Below, in pieces: positions 44,273 to 54,250 of a stretch of 64,000 nt of DNA. Where the stretch lies: contig JAXDQU010000054.1 of NCBI GenBank assembly GCA_034667685.1, forward strand, positions 1-64,000. Direction: 5' to 3'. Made by a program: the position numbers and the translations under genes. Origin of the DNA: Thermoplasmata archaeon (GTDB lineage Archaea; Thermoplasmatota; SW-10-69-26; JACQPN01; JAJPHT01). Positions within the stretch are counted from its first letter, which is position 1, and each line of letters starts with the position of its first letter. Below the pieces are notes generated by a model, which was given only the letters and a program-made list of their open reading frames with translations, was not told where the DNA came from and did no database searches.

Positions 44273-44728
44273 GTGGCCGCCTCGGTCCTGGTCGTCGACG
44301 ACCTTCCGGAGATCTGCGGATTCTTCCGCGGGCTGGTGCGCCAGCTCAAGGGCCTCGACGTGGACCTCGTCACGGAGACCAACCCGGCCCGCGCCCTGGC
44401 GCTGCTCGACGAGCGCCGCTTCGACCTCGTCGTCTCCGACTTCCGCATGACCGAGCACGACGGCGCCGACGTCCTCACGCGCGCCCACGCCACGAACCCG
44501 ACCGGCATCCGCGTCCTCATGACCGGCTACAACGAGGTGCCCACGCCGCTCTCCCGCCTCCGGACCGCGCGGGTCGACGCCTACCTCCAGAAACCGCTGC
44601 GGACGCAGGACCTCCTGTTACTTATCCTTCACCTTGTGCAGCGGGACGCCTCGACGCTGGACGCGTGCCGGCGTAACGCCCGGGAGCTGGAGAGCCTGGC
44701 GCAACGGGAAGAGATGATGCGCGTTTAG
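44273..44728 (+). CDS. Single-domain response regulator (REC)
   Basis: VLVVDD, VVSDFRM (phospho-Asp), MTG, QKP. Confidence 0.9.
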   Translation: MAASVLVVDDLPEICGFFRGLVRQLKGLDVDLVTETNPARALALLDERRFDLVVSDFRMTEHDGADVLTRAHATNPTGIRVLMTGYNEVPTPLSRLRTARVDAYLQKPLRTQDLLLLILHLVQRDASTLDACRRNARELESLAQREEMMRV

Positions 44729-44743
44729 GAACATCGGGCCCCC

Positions 44744-45520
44744 ATGCGGATGAGCATGGACCGGCTTGCCGTCCTCCTTGAGCACGGTCTTTCCGAGTAC
44801 CAGGCGCGCGTCTACCTCGCGCTGCTAGACTTCCCCTCCCTTCCCGCGGGCAGCCTGGCCAAGGCCGCGCAGATTCCGCGCAACCGGCTCTACGAGATCC
44901 TCGAGGAGCTGCAGGCGATGGGGCTCGTGGAGATCCTGCTGGAGGAGAACCGCAAGTACCGCGCGACGCCGCTGGGGCTCTACCTCGACCGGAGCGTGGC
45001 CGACCTCCGGGACCGCATCGGCAAGATCGAGGCGCAGAAAAGCTATCTCGAGGTCGCCTTCAAGCCGCCCACGCTCTCCGGCGCCGAGGACCTGGAGGCG
45101 GGGACGACGCGCGTGATCCTGACGCGCCGAGCCGTCGCGCGCGAGATCGACCGCCTCGTGGACGAGACGAACGAGAGCCTCGTGGTGGCGTGCAGCGCCG
45201 GGGGCTGGGAGCGCGTCGTGCGCCACCTCGCGCGCTTCCCCGCCGAGAAGAAGGGCGGCCTCACGCTGGTCGTGCCGCGCGCGGCCTCGTCGGCGGGCGG
45301 CGTCGAGCGGCTCGTCGAGGCGTGGCCCTCCTCCGTGCGCTGGACCGAGGCGCCGCTGCGGACGCTTGCGCTCGTGCGCGACGAGCAGGAGCTTCTTCTG
45401 GTGCACCCGCTGCCCGACGACGACAAGATGCGCGTCGGGCGCGACTTCGGCCTGCTCACGACGAACCTCGCGCTGGCGCGCGACCACGCCGCCCTGCTGC
45501 GCGAGTCCTCCAAACCTTGA
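44744..45520 (+). CDS. TrmB-family transcriptional regulator
   Basis: GLSEYQARVYLALL, IPRNRLYEILEEL..GLVE, KYRATP. Confidence 0.88.
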   Translation: MRMSMDRLAVLLEHGLSEYQARVYLALLDFPSLPAGSLAKAAQIPRNRLYEILEELQAMGLVEILLEENRKYRATPLGLYLDRSVADLRDRIGKIEAQKSYLEVAFKPPTLSGAEDLEAGTTRVILTRRAVAREIDRLVDETNESLVVACSAGGWERVVRHLARFPAEKKGGLTLVVPRAASSAGGVERLVEAWPSSVRWTEAPLRTLALVRDEQELLLVHPLPDDDKMRVGRDFGLLTTNLALARDHAALLRESSKP

Positions 45521-45547
45521 TGGCGCAGGAGCCGGCATCGGCGCGCG

Positions 45548-46576
45548 ATGCGCGTGGCGGAGCTGGCCGGGCGGCGGTTCGGCTGCCTGGAGGGGTGCGG
45601 CTTCTGCTGCACGTTCCAGCCCGAAGCGACCCAACGCGAGCTGGCCCGCCTGCGCGCCCGCCTCGCGCCGCGTCCGCTCCCCGTCGTCGCGGGCCAGGGC
45701 CGCACGTACCTCGCGCTGCACAACAAGTGCGGCGCGTGCACGCTCCTGGAGCGCCGCGCGTGCCAGGCCTACGACCTGCGCCCGCAGCATTGCCGCTACT
45801 TCCCGTTCCACCTGCACTTCGCCGAGGAGCCGGAGGCCTACGTCAACTACACGTGCCGCGGCGTGGAGCTCTCCGCGGACGGCGACCTGAGCGTGGCGTT
45901 CCGCGAGTCGGTCCTGGAGAACGCGGGCCAGGACGAGATCGCGCGCCACGAGCAGCTGGCGAAGCAGGCCTACGGCGAGTTCCAGCGCACCGCGCGGCGC
46001 CGCGGCGTGTGGGGCGACGCGGACGCGGTGGCGCGCGGCGCGGACCTTGGCGCGCTGCTCACGCGCGAGGGCATCGAGGCCGCGATCCGCCGCGGCGGGG
46101 ACGAGGCCACCGCGCAGGAGGCCTGGGACGACGCGCTGGCGCCCTTCGCGGAGGATGACGTCACGCGCCGGCCGTTCTACCTGGCGCCCGACCTGCGCTG
46201 GCTCACCTTCGCGCGGAGCGGCGAGGGCCTCGACGTGCTGGAGATGGACGAGCAGGGCGCGCTCCTCCCGCGCGGGCGGCTCGACGACGTCGCCGCTTGG
46301 CGCGATGGCCCGGCCGACCTCGCCCCCTACTTCGCAAGCCTCGTCGCGCGCCGCGTCTTCACGGGCAGCGTCTATGCCCTGGTGGACGACGAGGACTACG
46401 CGATCAGCGTCGAGCAGGCGACGTGGCTGCGCCTCGCGGAGGTGGCGGCCGACCTCGCGGCGCGCGCGCACGTGCTCGCGAAGCTCGGCGTGCCGGCCGA
46501 CCGCATCGAGGACGAGACGGCGCGCTTCTACGACAGCGCGTTCCTGGACGCGCCGACCATTGGAGGTTTCCTGTGA
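45548..46576 (+). CDS. YkgJ-family cysteine-cluster protein
   Basis: CLEGCGFCC, CTLL..C..Y..RP.HCRYFPF, CRG. Confidence 0.85.
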   Translation: MRVAELAGRRFGCLEGCGFCCTFQPEATQRELARLRARLAPRPLPVVAGQGRTYLALHNKCGACTLLERRACQAYDLRPQHCRYFPFHLHFAEEPEAYVNYTCRGVELSADGDLSVAFRESVLENAGQDEIARHEQLAKQAYGEFQRTARRRGVWGDADAVARGADLGALLTREGIEAAIRRGGDEATAQEAWDDALAPFAEDDVTRRPFYLAPDLRWLTFARSGEGLDVLEMDEQGALLPRGRLDDVAAWRDGPADLAPYFASLVARRVFTGSVYALVDDEDYAISVEQATWLRLAEVAADLAARAHVLAKLGVPADRIEDETARFYDSAFLDAPTIGGFL

Positions 46577-47028
46577 GCGTGAAGATCCGCGCGGCGGACC
46601 TCCACGACCTCGACGCCGCCCTCGCCCTGGAGCGCGCGTGCTATCAGGCCCCGCAGGCGTACGGCGCGGAGGAGTACCGCTACGCGCTGGGGCGCGCGAA
46701 GGCCGTGAACCTGCTCGCCGAGGACGAGCGCGGCGTCGCGGGGTTCGTCGGCGCGTTCCATCATGCGATCTGGCGCGCGGGGCACGTCTACACCGTGAAC
46801 GTGCATCCGTCGCGCCGCGGCACGGGGCTCGGGCGCGCGCTCATGCAGGCGTGCGAGGACGAGCTTCGCAAGCTGGGCATGACGCGCGTCGTGCTGGAGG
46901 TCAACGTGGACAACGTCGAGGCGATCCGCCTCTACGAGCGCGGCGGCTACACGCGCGTGCGGCGGCTGCCGGACTACTACACGACCTACGCCAACAACGA
47001 CGCGTGGCTTTACGAGAAGCCGCTCTAA
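46573..47028 (+). CDS. GNAT acetyltransferase (RimI-like)
   Basis: VHPSRRGTGLG, LEVNVDNVEAIRLYE, PDYY; GTGA overlap with the upstream gene. Confidence 0.9.
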   Translation: MSVKIRAADLHDLDAALALERACYQAPQAYGAEEYRYALGRAKAVNLLAEDERGVAGFVGAFHHAIWRAGHVYTVNVHPSRRGTGLGRALMQACEDELRKLGMTRVVLEVNVDNVEAIRLYERGGYTRVRRLPDYYTTYANNDAWLYEKPL

Positions 47029-47029
47029 C

Positions 47030-47113
47030 GGGGGTTTGGGGGCGGAGCCCCCAAGGTCCCGTTCTTCTCTCATGAAAAACGAGACGTCAGGGGGCTCCGC
47101 CCCCCGAACCCCC
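47030..47113. repeat. Inverted pair of REP-like GGGGGCGGAGCCCCC palindromes between convergent genes
   Basis: 47030-47052 and 47090-47113 are near reverse complements, each with an internal hairpin. Confidence 0.75.
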
Positions 47114-47160
47114 CGCGGGCCGACGCGCTGCGGCGCGTCGGAAACGACGCCAGATTGGCG

Positions 47161-48642
47161 CTACGCGATCTCGTCTCCAGAAAATCCGGTGGATTCCCAC
47201 GCCTCGCCGCGCTTCTCCAGCACGCCCTTCGCGCGCGTCAGGAAGATCGGATACACCTGCGCGACGAGGCTCGGCGGCATCGCGTCGCGCCGGCTCATCT
47301 CGGGGTGGAAGCGCACGGACTGAACCTGCGGGTGCTCGCGCGGCGCGTAGCCGTTGCCGGAGCCCTCGAAGCGCCAGCCGCGCTGCTGCGCCATCCACAT
47401 CGCGTGCTCGGCCTCGACCTGGTCGACCTTGATCTCCGACTCGGCGATGCGGTGGGCGAGCGCGTCGACGTCCTCCTTGGCGTAGCGCAGCTTCGCCGGA
47501 TCGTGCCCGCCCGCGAGGAGCAGGAGGATCACGCCCTGGCACTTGCTGCACCGGCCGCAGGGCGCCGGCGCGCCGTCCTCCATGTGCGTCGCGTGGCAGG
47601 ACGTCTGCACCGTGAGCAGGTCGGGGTAGCGCGTCGCGAGCAGGTCCTCGATGAGCAGCGAGGAGAGCGTGCGCAGGAGGCTCGTCTGCGTGAGGCCGCC
47701 CCACTTCTTCTCTGCGAAGTAGGCGTTGAGCACGAGGTCGAACTCCTGCGACTGGTCGTAGATGCCCCACCAGTGGCGCACGCCCTTGACCTCGGGCCAG
47801 GGCCCCTCGTCGAACTCGTTGCCCATGAGCATCGTGCCGATGCCCTCGTGCAGGCAGAGCCCGGCCACGGCGATCTGATAGCTGTTGAACGTGAAGAGCT
47901 GGATCGGATAGACGTCCGCCTCCAGCCGCTGCCAGTCCTGGCGCACGCAGGGCAGGAGCTTGTTCGCGGCGACGTAGAGCCGGTCGATGCTGCTCCAGAT
48001 GCGCCGCGTCCGCGGGTCGGTGCGCTCGTGCAGCCGGTGCGCGAGGAGCGCGGTGTGCCAGTGGCGGCCGCTCTCGTTGACGTACACGGGCGAGACGTCG
48101 CGCCCCAGCTCGCGCAGGAGGCCGTACGTGAGCAGGCTCTCCTTGCCGCCGGACGATAGCACGGCGAAACGCTCGGGGTCGACGACGCGCGGCGGGCCTT
48201 CGACGCGCCGCTCCTCGACGACGATCTCCGCGAGGTCGTCCACTGCCTCGGGCTCGAAGTCCTCGGGCTTCACGTGGAACTCGGGGAGGATCAGCGGGTG
48301 CGGCTCGTCCGTGACGAAGCGCGTGAGGTACTGCTCGCGCGCCGTGATGCCCTGCATCTGCCGGAGGTAGGCGACGTCCGACGGCTCGAGGGGGAATTCG
48401 AGGACGACGCGCTCGCAGAAGAGGCCGTAGTTGAGGCTCGGGATCGCGTGGTGCAGCCGCGCGTGGTTGCGCATCACGTCGTCCGCGTTGGCGTAGAGCG
48501 GGACGGGGAACTTCCAGCGCAGCTCGATGTCGGTGCGCTTGCCGGCGTGGTCCACGAACGTGTAGATGCTCGTCGTCGCGTCGGGCGCCACGAGCGGGTC
48601 GCTCACGCGCAGCTCGCGGAAGAACTTGAGATCGGGCCTCAT
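47161..48642 (-). CDS. PP-loop ATP pyrophosphatase-fold protein (MurL/QueC-like)
   Basis: VLSSGGKESLL, MGNE, QTSCH, PCGRCSKC; overlaps the DUF1611 stop. Confidence 0.7.
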   Translation of the reverse strand: MRPDLKFFRELRVSDPLVAPDATTSIYTFVDHAGKRTDIELRWKFPVPLYANADDVMRNHARLHHAIPSLNYGLFCERVVLEFPLEPSDVAYLRQMQGITAREQYLTRFVTDEPHPLILPEFHVKPEDFEPEAVDDLAEIVVEERRVEGPPRVVDPERFAVLSSGGKESLLTYGLLRELGRDVSPVYVNESGRHWHTALLAHRLHERTDPRTRRIWSSIDRLYVAANKLLPCVRQDWQRLEADVYPIQLFTFNSYQIAVAGLCLHEGIGTMLMGNEFDEGPWPEVKGVRHWWGIYDQSQEFDLVLNAYFAEKKWGGLTQTSLLRTLSSLLIEDLLATRYPDLLTVQTSCHATHMEDGAPAPCGRCSKCQGVILLLLAGGHDPAKLRYAKEDVDALAHRIAESEIKVDQVEAEHAMWMAQQRGWRFEGSGNGYAPREHPQVQSVRFHPEMSRRDAMPPSLVAQVYPIFLTRAKGVLEKRGEAWESTGFSGDEIA

Positions 48643-49706
48643 GCGCGCATCCTGAGGCCGAACCGCGCCACGACGGCGTCCACCAGAGGCTGCGGCCCGT
48701 CGAGGAGCACGTCGGTCACGGGCTTCCCGAAGCGATCGGCGAGGCGCTTCTTCCATTCCTCGACGCCCGCGCGGTCCAGGCCTTCGTGGTTGAGCGTGAT
48801 CGCCACGAGCGGGTGGCCGCTGAGCGTCTCGGCGATCGTGATATCACGGGCGGGATCGCCCATCGGGTACTGCGGGAAGCCGTCGAGCGTCTGGCGCGCC
48901 GGCGCGTGCTGGAGGATGACGCCCTTGACGCGCGCGCCGCAGATGATCTCGTAGCCGCCCGGGTAGCCCGGGTGCGTGAGCCCGCCCTGCCCCTCGACCA
49001 CGATGACGTCGGGGCTCTCGTTCTTCCACGCGCTCCAGACGACGTGCTCGATCTCGCCGGTGAGGAAGTCGTTGACCAGCGAGTCGAGGATGATGGAGTA
49101 CTTCGCGCCCTGGAGGCGGCCCGTCTGGCCCGTGCCGACGAAGACGGCCTTGATGCCCTGCTCGTTCAGGGCCTTCACGAGGACGCGCGCGGTGGTGCGC
49201 TTGCCGATGGCGCTGTCGGTGCCCAGCACCGCGACGACGGGGCACGTGACCTCCTCGATCTTCCCCGAGAAGAAGTGCTGCTCCTCCTTGGGGGGGACGG
49301 TGCGCACGTCGCGGATCGTGGCGCCGTGCTGCTTCGCGAGGGCGGCCAGCTCGGCGTCCTGCTCCAGCTTCTCGTGGAGCCCGCTCACGACGTGGAGGCC
49401 TTTGCGCAGCGCGGCGCGCACGATGGGGCGATAGCTTTCCGGGAGCCTTCCGCCGTCGGTCGCCACGCCCATCACGAAGTGCGTGGGTTGGGTGGCCGCG
49501 AGGGCCGCGTCGAGGCTCGCGAAGATCGGCACGCCGCAGGGCTTGCCGTCGAGGACCTGGCCCGCGTCGTGCCCCGCGAGGCCGCTGTCGAGGACGCCCA
49601 CGATCTCGTAGAGGTCGCTGTAGCGCACCAGGCCGTGCGCGGTCTTGCCGCTGGGATCGGCGAAGTGGCCTTCGCACATGACGAGAGCCTTGAGGCGGCT
49701 GGGCAT
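48639..49706 (-). CDS. DUF1611 family protein (DgcN-like P-loop protein)
   Basis: GKTAHGLVRY, SGLH, GTDSAIGKRTT, TGQTG, VEGQG. Confidence 0.9.
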   Translation of the reverse strand: MPSRLKALVMCEGHFADPSGKTAHGLVRYSDLYEIVGVLDSGLAGHDAGQVLDGKPCGVPIFASLDAALAATQPTHFVMGVATDGGRLPESYRPIVRAALRKGLHVVSGLHEKLEQDAELAALAKQHGATIRDVRTVPPKEEQHFFSGKIEEVTCPVVAVLGTDSAIGKRTTARVLVKALNEQGIKAVFVGTGQTGRLQGAKYSIILDSLVNDFLTGEIEHVVWSAWKNESPDVIVVEGQGGLTHPGYPGGYEIICGARVKGVILQHAPARQTLDGFPQYPMGDPARDITIAETLSGHPLVAITLNHEGLDRAGVEEWKKRLADRFGKPVTDVLLDGPQPLVDAVVARFGLRMRA

Positions 49707-49877
49707 CGCGCGTCGAACTTGGAGGCGCGTCAAAAAGGTGTGCCCCAAGCCTCCTTGGGGACGCATGGCAATGGTTCACCTAGGTCGCCGGTGCATTCGA
49801 GGAGACTTGGAAATAGTGTCTCCAGGCTCTACCCCGACCGGCCGGGATTAGTCCCGCGAATGCAGGATACGACCACT

Positions 49878-52583
49878 TCAGTCCTGGTTTCCATCTTCAA
49901 AGGTCGGCCGAATTCTCGGTAGCCGAATTGCTCCCTGACCCATGACCGCCAAATCAACTCCCGAGAGGTTCGCCTTTGAGAAGTCTGCGCCCGCAACATG
50001 GGACTCCTTGAATGATGCGCTTGAAAGGTTTGCCTCTCTGAAAATGACATTGGCGAACCGCCCTCTGTCGAACCTCGCTCCGGAGAGGTTTGCATTTCGG
50101 AATGTGGCCCCTTGGCAAACGCTGTCTGTAAGGTCACATTCTGCCATGTTCGCGTAGTCAAAGCAAGCGAAATTCGCCCCGCAGGAACTGAGTTTGCTTC
50201 CTTCAAGGTCGGCCCCATAGAAGTCTTGGATGTGGAGCAGCGAGCCACTAAGGTCGAGATAGGTCAGGCTTTGCGAGACGATTCCTGGCACCGGCCCCAT
50301 TCGTTGCCTTCGGACTCGCAGATACCAACCACCAAAGACGTCCAGCGAATTCAAGTTTAGCGAACTGACCTTTCTCGTCGTCCGGGTACAAGCACTGTGA
50401 GCAGCAAGGAGACTCTCTTCGGCATTCCTCGCCTGCCGCTGTGAGTCCGCGAAAGTAGACGTCCCAGGAACCGATTCCATCGGCAGGCCGCTCCTGATTG
50501 TGTGGGCGAGAAGTTTCGCCAGCGCACCCTGCCACCGAAGAACCGCTGCTTGATCTCTTAAGGCGATTTCGCGCCTTAGAAAGTCGTTTACGTACTCGTC
50601 TATGTTGTTTGGACCACACAACTGCGCCCAATGGACGAGTGCTTCGCGTTCACCCCACCCGGTGTCCGGATCTTGGGAGCGACGCAACATCTCATCCGTA
50701 ATCCGCGTAATCCCGCGGACGATACGCCTTGCGGCGAGATATTCTCCGAAGCTCTTGTGAGTGAATTCGAACGTCTTTTCTCCATCCGAGGCCGTGCCCG
50801 CCTGTCTGAAATAGAACGCGGTGAGTAGCCGAGTTACACCGGCTCGGGCACCCTCTTGGAATGCGTCGAGCAAGATCTTCAGGCCAGTATTCGAGCAATG
50901 TCGTTCAATTTCGCGGACTGTCGTCGTTCTGCTGGCGCCGTGCCAGGCTGCGATGCCAATTTCTTCAAGGATGCGGACGAAAGAATCGAGACTTACATTG
51001 CGGATCGAAAGATGCTGCTCAGCGGCCCAGCCGCGCTCGTACACCGCCTCGAGAAGGTCCTGATAGGCGGCGTTCACGTTGTGCTCAATCGAGAAGTCTA
51101 CCTTGCCTCTTTCATATGAAAGAGCGACGAGATAGTTTAACAGGGGTTGGGCAGTGATCTCGTCGAGTTCACGGCTTGCCAAGGCCTTGGGCATCCCATC
51201 ATATGGTTTGCCTTTCATCCTGCCATAGTTTCGCCACCAGGCTTGACGTTGATCGACGCTCAGGCGCTTTTCCGGATCATCGAATTCCTCGTATGACGAC
51301 GGGGGAATCCAATAAGGCAACACAGTAAGAACTTGGCGAGGACGCCTAAATTCTGTAATGTTCGATTGAATTACAATTTGCCTCCCCGTAATGAGGACCT
51401 GCAGCCTCAATTGTACGCTGTTCTTCCTTGCGAGAGTGCGTTGGACTTCTCGCACAAATGCACGTGCCGTTTCCTCGGCGACTTTCCCCTGCAGCGCGAG
51501 TTCGTCGAGACCGTCGAAAATGATCAAAAGCCGATTGTCGCCGCCTTCGCGATCCATTGGATTGTGAACAAGGTATGGGTCGTCGCGGACGAAATTCCGG
51601 ACTGCATCCGAGAGCTCGCCACTTGGATCAAATTGATGGAGCGGAACGAAAAGAACACGCACCTTCTCAAGTGCTGCAACTCGCGCAGCGAACATCTTTG
51701 CGAAGGATGACTTCCCGGCCCCAGGATCTCCGCTGACGATACGAAGAGCGTCGTCGACGTCGGCGCTTTCGATCCAACCGAGTAATTCGCGTTCAAGATC
51801 GACAACTACTTTGCGTTCCTGTTGAAAGGCAATCGGCGCCGGATTAGACTCAGTCTTTCGAGGGTAGGAAGCCCGGACGGGAACGTATACCGATTTGAGA
51901 CTGAAAGCTTCGTCGAATAACGGGGAATCGGTTTGCCGATTGAGCCACGAGCCATACGCGGCCCAGCCGAGTTCTCTGCGAATCGCGTCCCCAAAGGGCG
52001 AATCCAGATACAACAGAAGCTTCGCATAACGATCGGGGTTCGCTATCCATTCACGATGGAGTTCGACTGCGAAATATGTCGGCAGTCGGCTGGCGATAGC
52101 CCACGCGTGCGGCTTGTCGACGCCCGCGTTCTCAAGACATTCCCTAAAGTACTCTTGTGAACGTTCTACGATTGGCAATTTCAGAGGGTCGCGGAGACTT
52201 TTCGAATCTATTGCGAACTCAATGTCGCCGACTCCAATGTCAAAATCTTCATTGAACTCGACGATTGCATCTGGGTCGAAGAATTCCTTGCTTTCATTGA
52301 CTAGAGCGCTAACTGCGCGGAACTGAGCTGTGAAGAATAGTTGGCTCGCTAGAACTTCGGGCTCAGCGTCAGTGCGGACGGCGGTCACAGTGTCAATCAC
52401 GCTGTTTATCGCCGTTGGCACGTCGCCGGCTTTCGCTGCGACGATACACTTGGCAAAACCCTGCACGAGTGCGCTTGGTTTGACGGTAAGTCGGACCTTG
52501 GACCGCCGCGTGCTGATTTTCACGCCAACGGGGGTCCCATTAGCGGACGGCTTTCCGCGCGCCACGGTTACTCTGGACGGCAT
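49878..52583 (-). CDS. NACHT/STAND NTPase with C-terminal pentapeptide repeats (lower-GC gene)
   Basis: Walker A GDPGAGKSS, Walker B LIIFDGLDE, QPLL, FEFTHKSFGEYL, A(N/D)LSGA(R/D)F repeats; many A/T-ending codons. Confidence 0.9.
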   Translation of the reverse strand: MPSRVTVARGKPSANGTPVGVKISTRRSKVRLTVKPSALVQGFAKCIVAAKAGDVPTAINSVIDTVTAVRTDAEPEVLASQLFFTAQFRAVSALVNESKEFFDPDAIVEFNEDFDIGVGDIEFAIDSKSLRDPLKLPIVERSQEYFRECLENAGVDKPHAWAIASRLPTYFAVELHREWIANPDRYAKLLLYLDSPFGDAIRRELGWAAYGSWLNRQTDSPLFDEAFSLKSVYVPVRASYPRKTESNPAPIAFQQERKVVVDLERELLGWIESADVDDALRIVSGDPGAGKSSFAKMFAARVAALEKVRVLFVPLHQFDPSGELSDAVRNFVRDDPYLVHNPMDREGGDNRLLIIFDGLDELALQGKVAEETARAFVREVQRTLARKNSVQLRLQVLITGRQIVIQSNITEFRRPRQVLTVLPYWIPPSSYEEFDDPEKRLSVDQRQAWWRNYGRMKGKPYDGMPKALASRELDEITAQPLLNYLVALSYERGKVDFSIEHNVNAAYQDLLEAVYERGWAAEQHLSIRNVSLDSFVRILEEIGIAAWHGASRTTTVREIERHCSNTGLKILLDAFQEGARAGVTRLLTAFYFRQAGTASDGEKTFEFTHKSFGEYLAARRIVRGITRITDEMLRRSQDPDTGWGEREALVHWAQLCGPNNIDEYVNDFLRREIALRDQAAVLRWQGALAKLLAHTIRSGLPMESVPGTSTFADSQRQARNAEESLLAAHSACTRTTRKVSSLNLNSLDVFGGWYLRVRRQRMGPVPGIVSQSLTYLDLSGSLLHIQDFYGADLEGSKLSSCGANFACFDYANMAECDLTDSVCQGATFRNANLSGARFDRGRFANVIFREANLSSASFKESHVAGADFSKANLSGVDLAVMGQGAIRLPRIRPTFEDGNQD

Positions 52584-52663
52584 GGCGCCTTATAGCCTTA
52601 AAGGCCCCGAGTAGACCCTTCTCTTGGTCGCCGCTCTTCCCGCGTGGGAATTTGGAGGCGGAG

Positions 52664-53704
52664 TCAACTCACAGGCTGCGGTAAGCCCGTAACCACGGCC
52701 GGCCGCGCCCGTGGCTTCTCGTGATGCCGGCCGGTGAGCACCGCGACGTGCAGCCCGTCGCCCACGAGCCCTTCGTGGACGGCCTTGCGCAGGCCGACGA
52801 GCGAGGCGGTGCTCGCGGTCATGACGTTGATGCCTTCGAGGCTGCGCGTGAGCTGGGTGAGGCGGCGCATCTCGGCGTCGCTGGCGTAGGCCGCGTAGCC
52901 GTTGGATCGGTAGATGGCGTCGAGCGCGCGCTGGCCGTCGAAGGAGTGCCAGTTGACGAGCGGCTCGTTGACCGTCGTCTCGCGGATCTCCTCCGGGCGC
53001 AGGTCGACGCACTCCTTCAGCCCGGCCTTCCACGACTTGATGATGGGGTTGCCGCGCGGCGTCGAGGCGCCGATCATGCGCGGGAGCGCGTGCATGCCGC
53101 GCTCGCGGGCGGCCTCGCGGAAGCCCTCGAAGATCGCGGCGAGCGTCGTGCCGTTGCCCACGGCGACGCTGACCGTGTCGGGCATGCGGCCGAGCTGCTC
53201 GACGATCTCGTGCGCGATGCGGCCGTACCCCGCACGCGCGATGTCCCACTGCGAGTCGGTGCCCGGGTTCGCGTCGTACCAGCCGTGCTGCACCGCGGCC
53301 TCGCGGCTCGCGGCGACGGCGTCCTCGTAGTCGCCCGGCACGCGGATGATGCGCGCGCCCAGGCGCTCCATCTCGCCGATGCGCGGCGTGTGGTAGTCCG
53401 AGGGGACGAAGACGGTGGGGCGGATGCCGTTGTGGCTGCACGCCCAGGCGACCGAGGCGCCGAAGTTGCCGCACGTCGCGACGGTGATCGTGTCGAATCC
53501 CTTGGCGTGCGCCTCGTCGTAGACGCGCCGGGCCACGCGGTCCTTCTGCGTGCCGGTGGGGTTCGAGCCTTCGAACTTCAGGAAGATGCTGCGGACGCCG
53601 AGCGTCGCTTCCAGGTTGCGGCCCCGCGAGAAAAGTGTGCCACCCGCTTCAGCGAGCATGGGGTCGATCATCCGGGCGGTCGTGCCGCCGCGAATCGGGT
53701 CCAT
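52664..53704 (-). CDS. Fold-type II PLP enzyme (threonine synthase-like)
   Basis: LKFEGSNPTGTQKDR, ATCGNFG, VGNGTTLA, VLTG. Confidence 0.88.
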   Translation of the reverse strand: MDPIRGGTTARMIDPMLAEAGGTLFSRGRNLEATLGVRSIFLKFEGSNPTGTQKDRVARRVYDEAHAKGFDTITVATCGNFGASVAWACSHNGIRPTVFVPSDYHTPRIGEMERLGARIIRVPGDYEDAVAASREAAVQHGWYDANPGTDSQWDIARAGYGRIAHEIVEQLGRMPDTVSVAVGNGTTLAAIFEGFREAARERGMHALPRMIGASTPRGNPIIKSWKAGLKECVDLRPEEIRETTVNEPLVNWHSFDGQRALDAIYRSNGYAAYASDAEMRRLTQLTRSLEGINVMTASTASLVGLRKAVHEGLVGDGLHVAVLTGRHHEKPRARPAVVTGLPQPVS

Positions 53705-53920
53705 CGCATGTCACTATTTGGAGATTTCGAGGTCCGGGCGCGCGTGGGTCGATGACAGGTGGAACGCCTCGACATCGCCGTGCCTTGTGGCGCACGCTGG
53801 CACGACCGGGCCGACCCTAGCCGTCACATTGCCGGTCCAGCCGCCCCTTCTAAGCCTTCCGTCGTTCCTTTTGGTCCGCCGGCCACAAGCCTAAGAAGCG
53901 GGAGAGTCACAGGCTCGTTC

Positions 53921-54247
53921 ATGCCCGATTTCGATGCCCTTCTCGCTGAGCTCCTGGAGGAGCCCGAGGAGGTCCTGGGCATCCTGTCCGACGTCGTGGA
54001 GCGCGGCCGCCTGCAGGCCGACGACCTGCCCGCGGAGTCGGTCGAGATCCTCTCCGGCTACGACCTCGTCGCCTTCCTCATCACGCGCAAGGCGCGCCGC
54101 CCCATGCACACGTGGGTCTACCCCACGCCGCTCGGGCTGCGCGTCTACGCCACGCTGGAGCGTGAGGCCGAGCGCGTCGCCGCGCTGGAGGCGCAGCCCC
54201 AGGTGCGCACCGGCAAGCGGGGCAACCGCACCGGCGTCAGCCGTTGA
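53921..54247 (+). CDS. Hypothetical small protein (wHTH-like)
   Basis: 108 aa, ..WVYPTPLGLRVY..; typical codon usage. Confidence 0.55.
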   Translation: MPDFDALLAELLEEPEEVLGILSDVVERGRLQADDLPAESVEILSGYDLVAFLITRKARRPMHTWVYPTPLGLRVYATLEREAERVAALEAQPQVRTGKRGNRTGVSR

Positions 54248-54250
54248 ACC

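Noticed and set aside
47161-48642. Calling this gene queC
   Set aside because: About twice QueC length, SGGKES rather than SGGLDS, and no other que genes nearby
52664-53704. Calling this gene thrC
   Set aside because: GTQKDR and TCGN differ from the usual SFKDR and STGN, and the context points elsewhere
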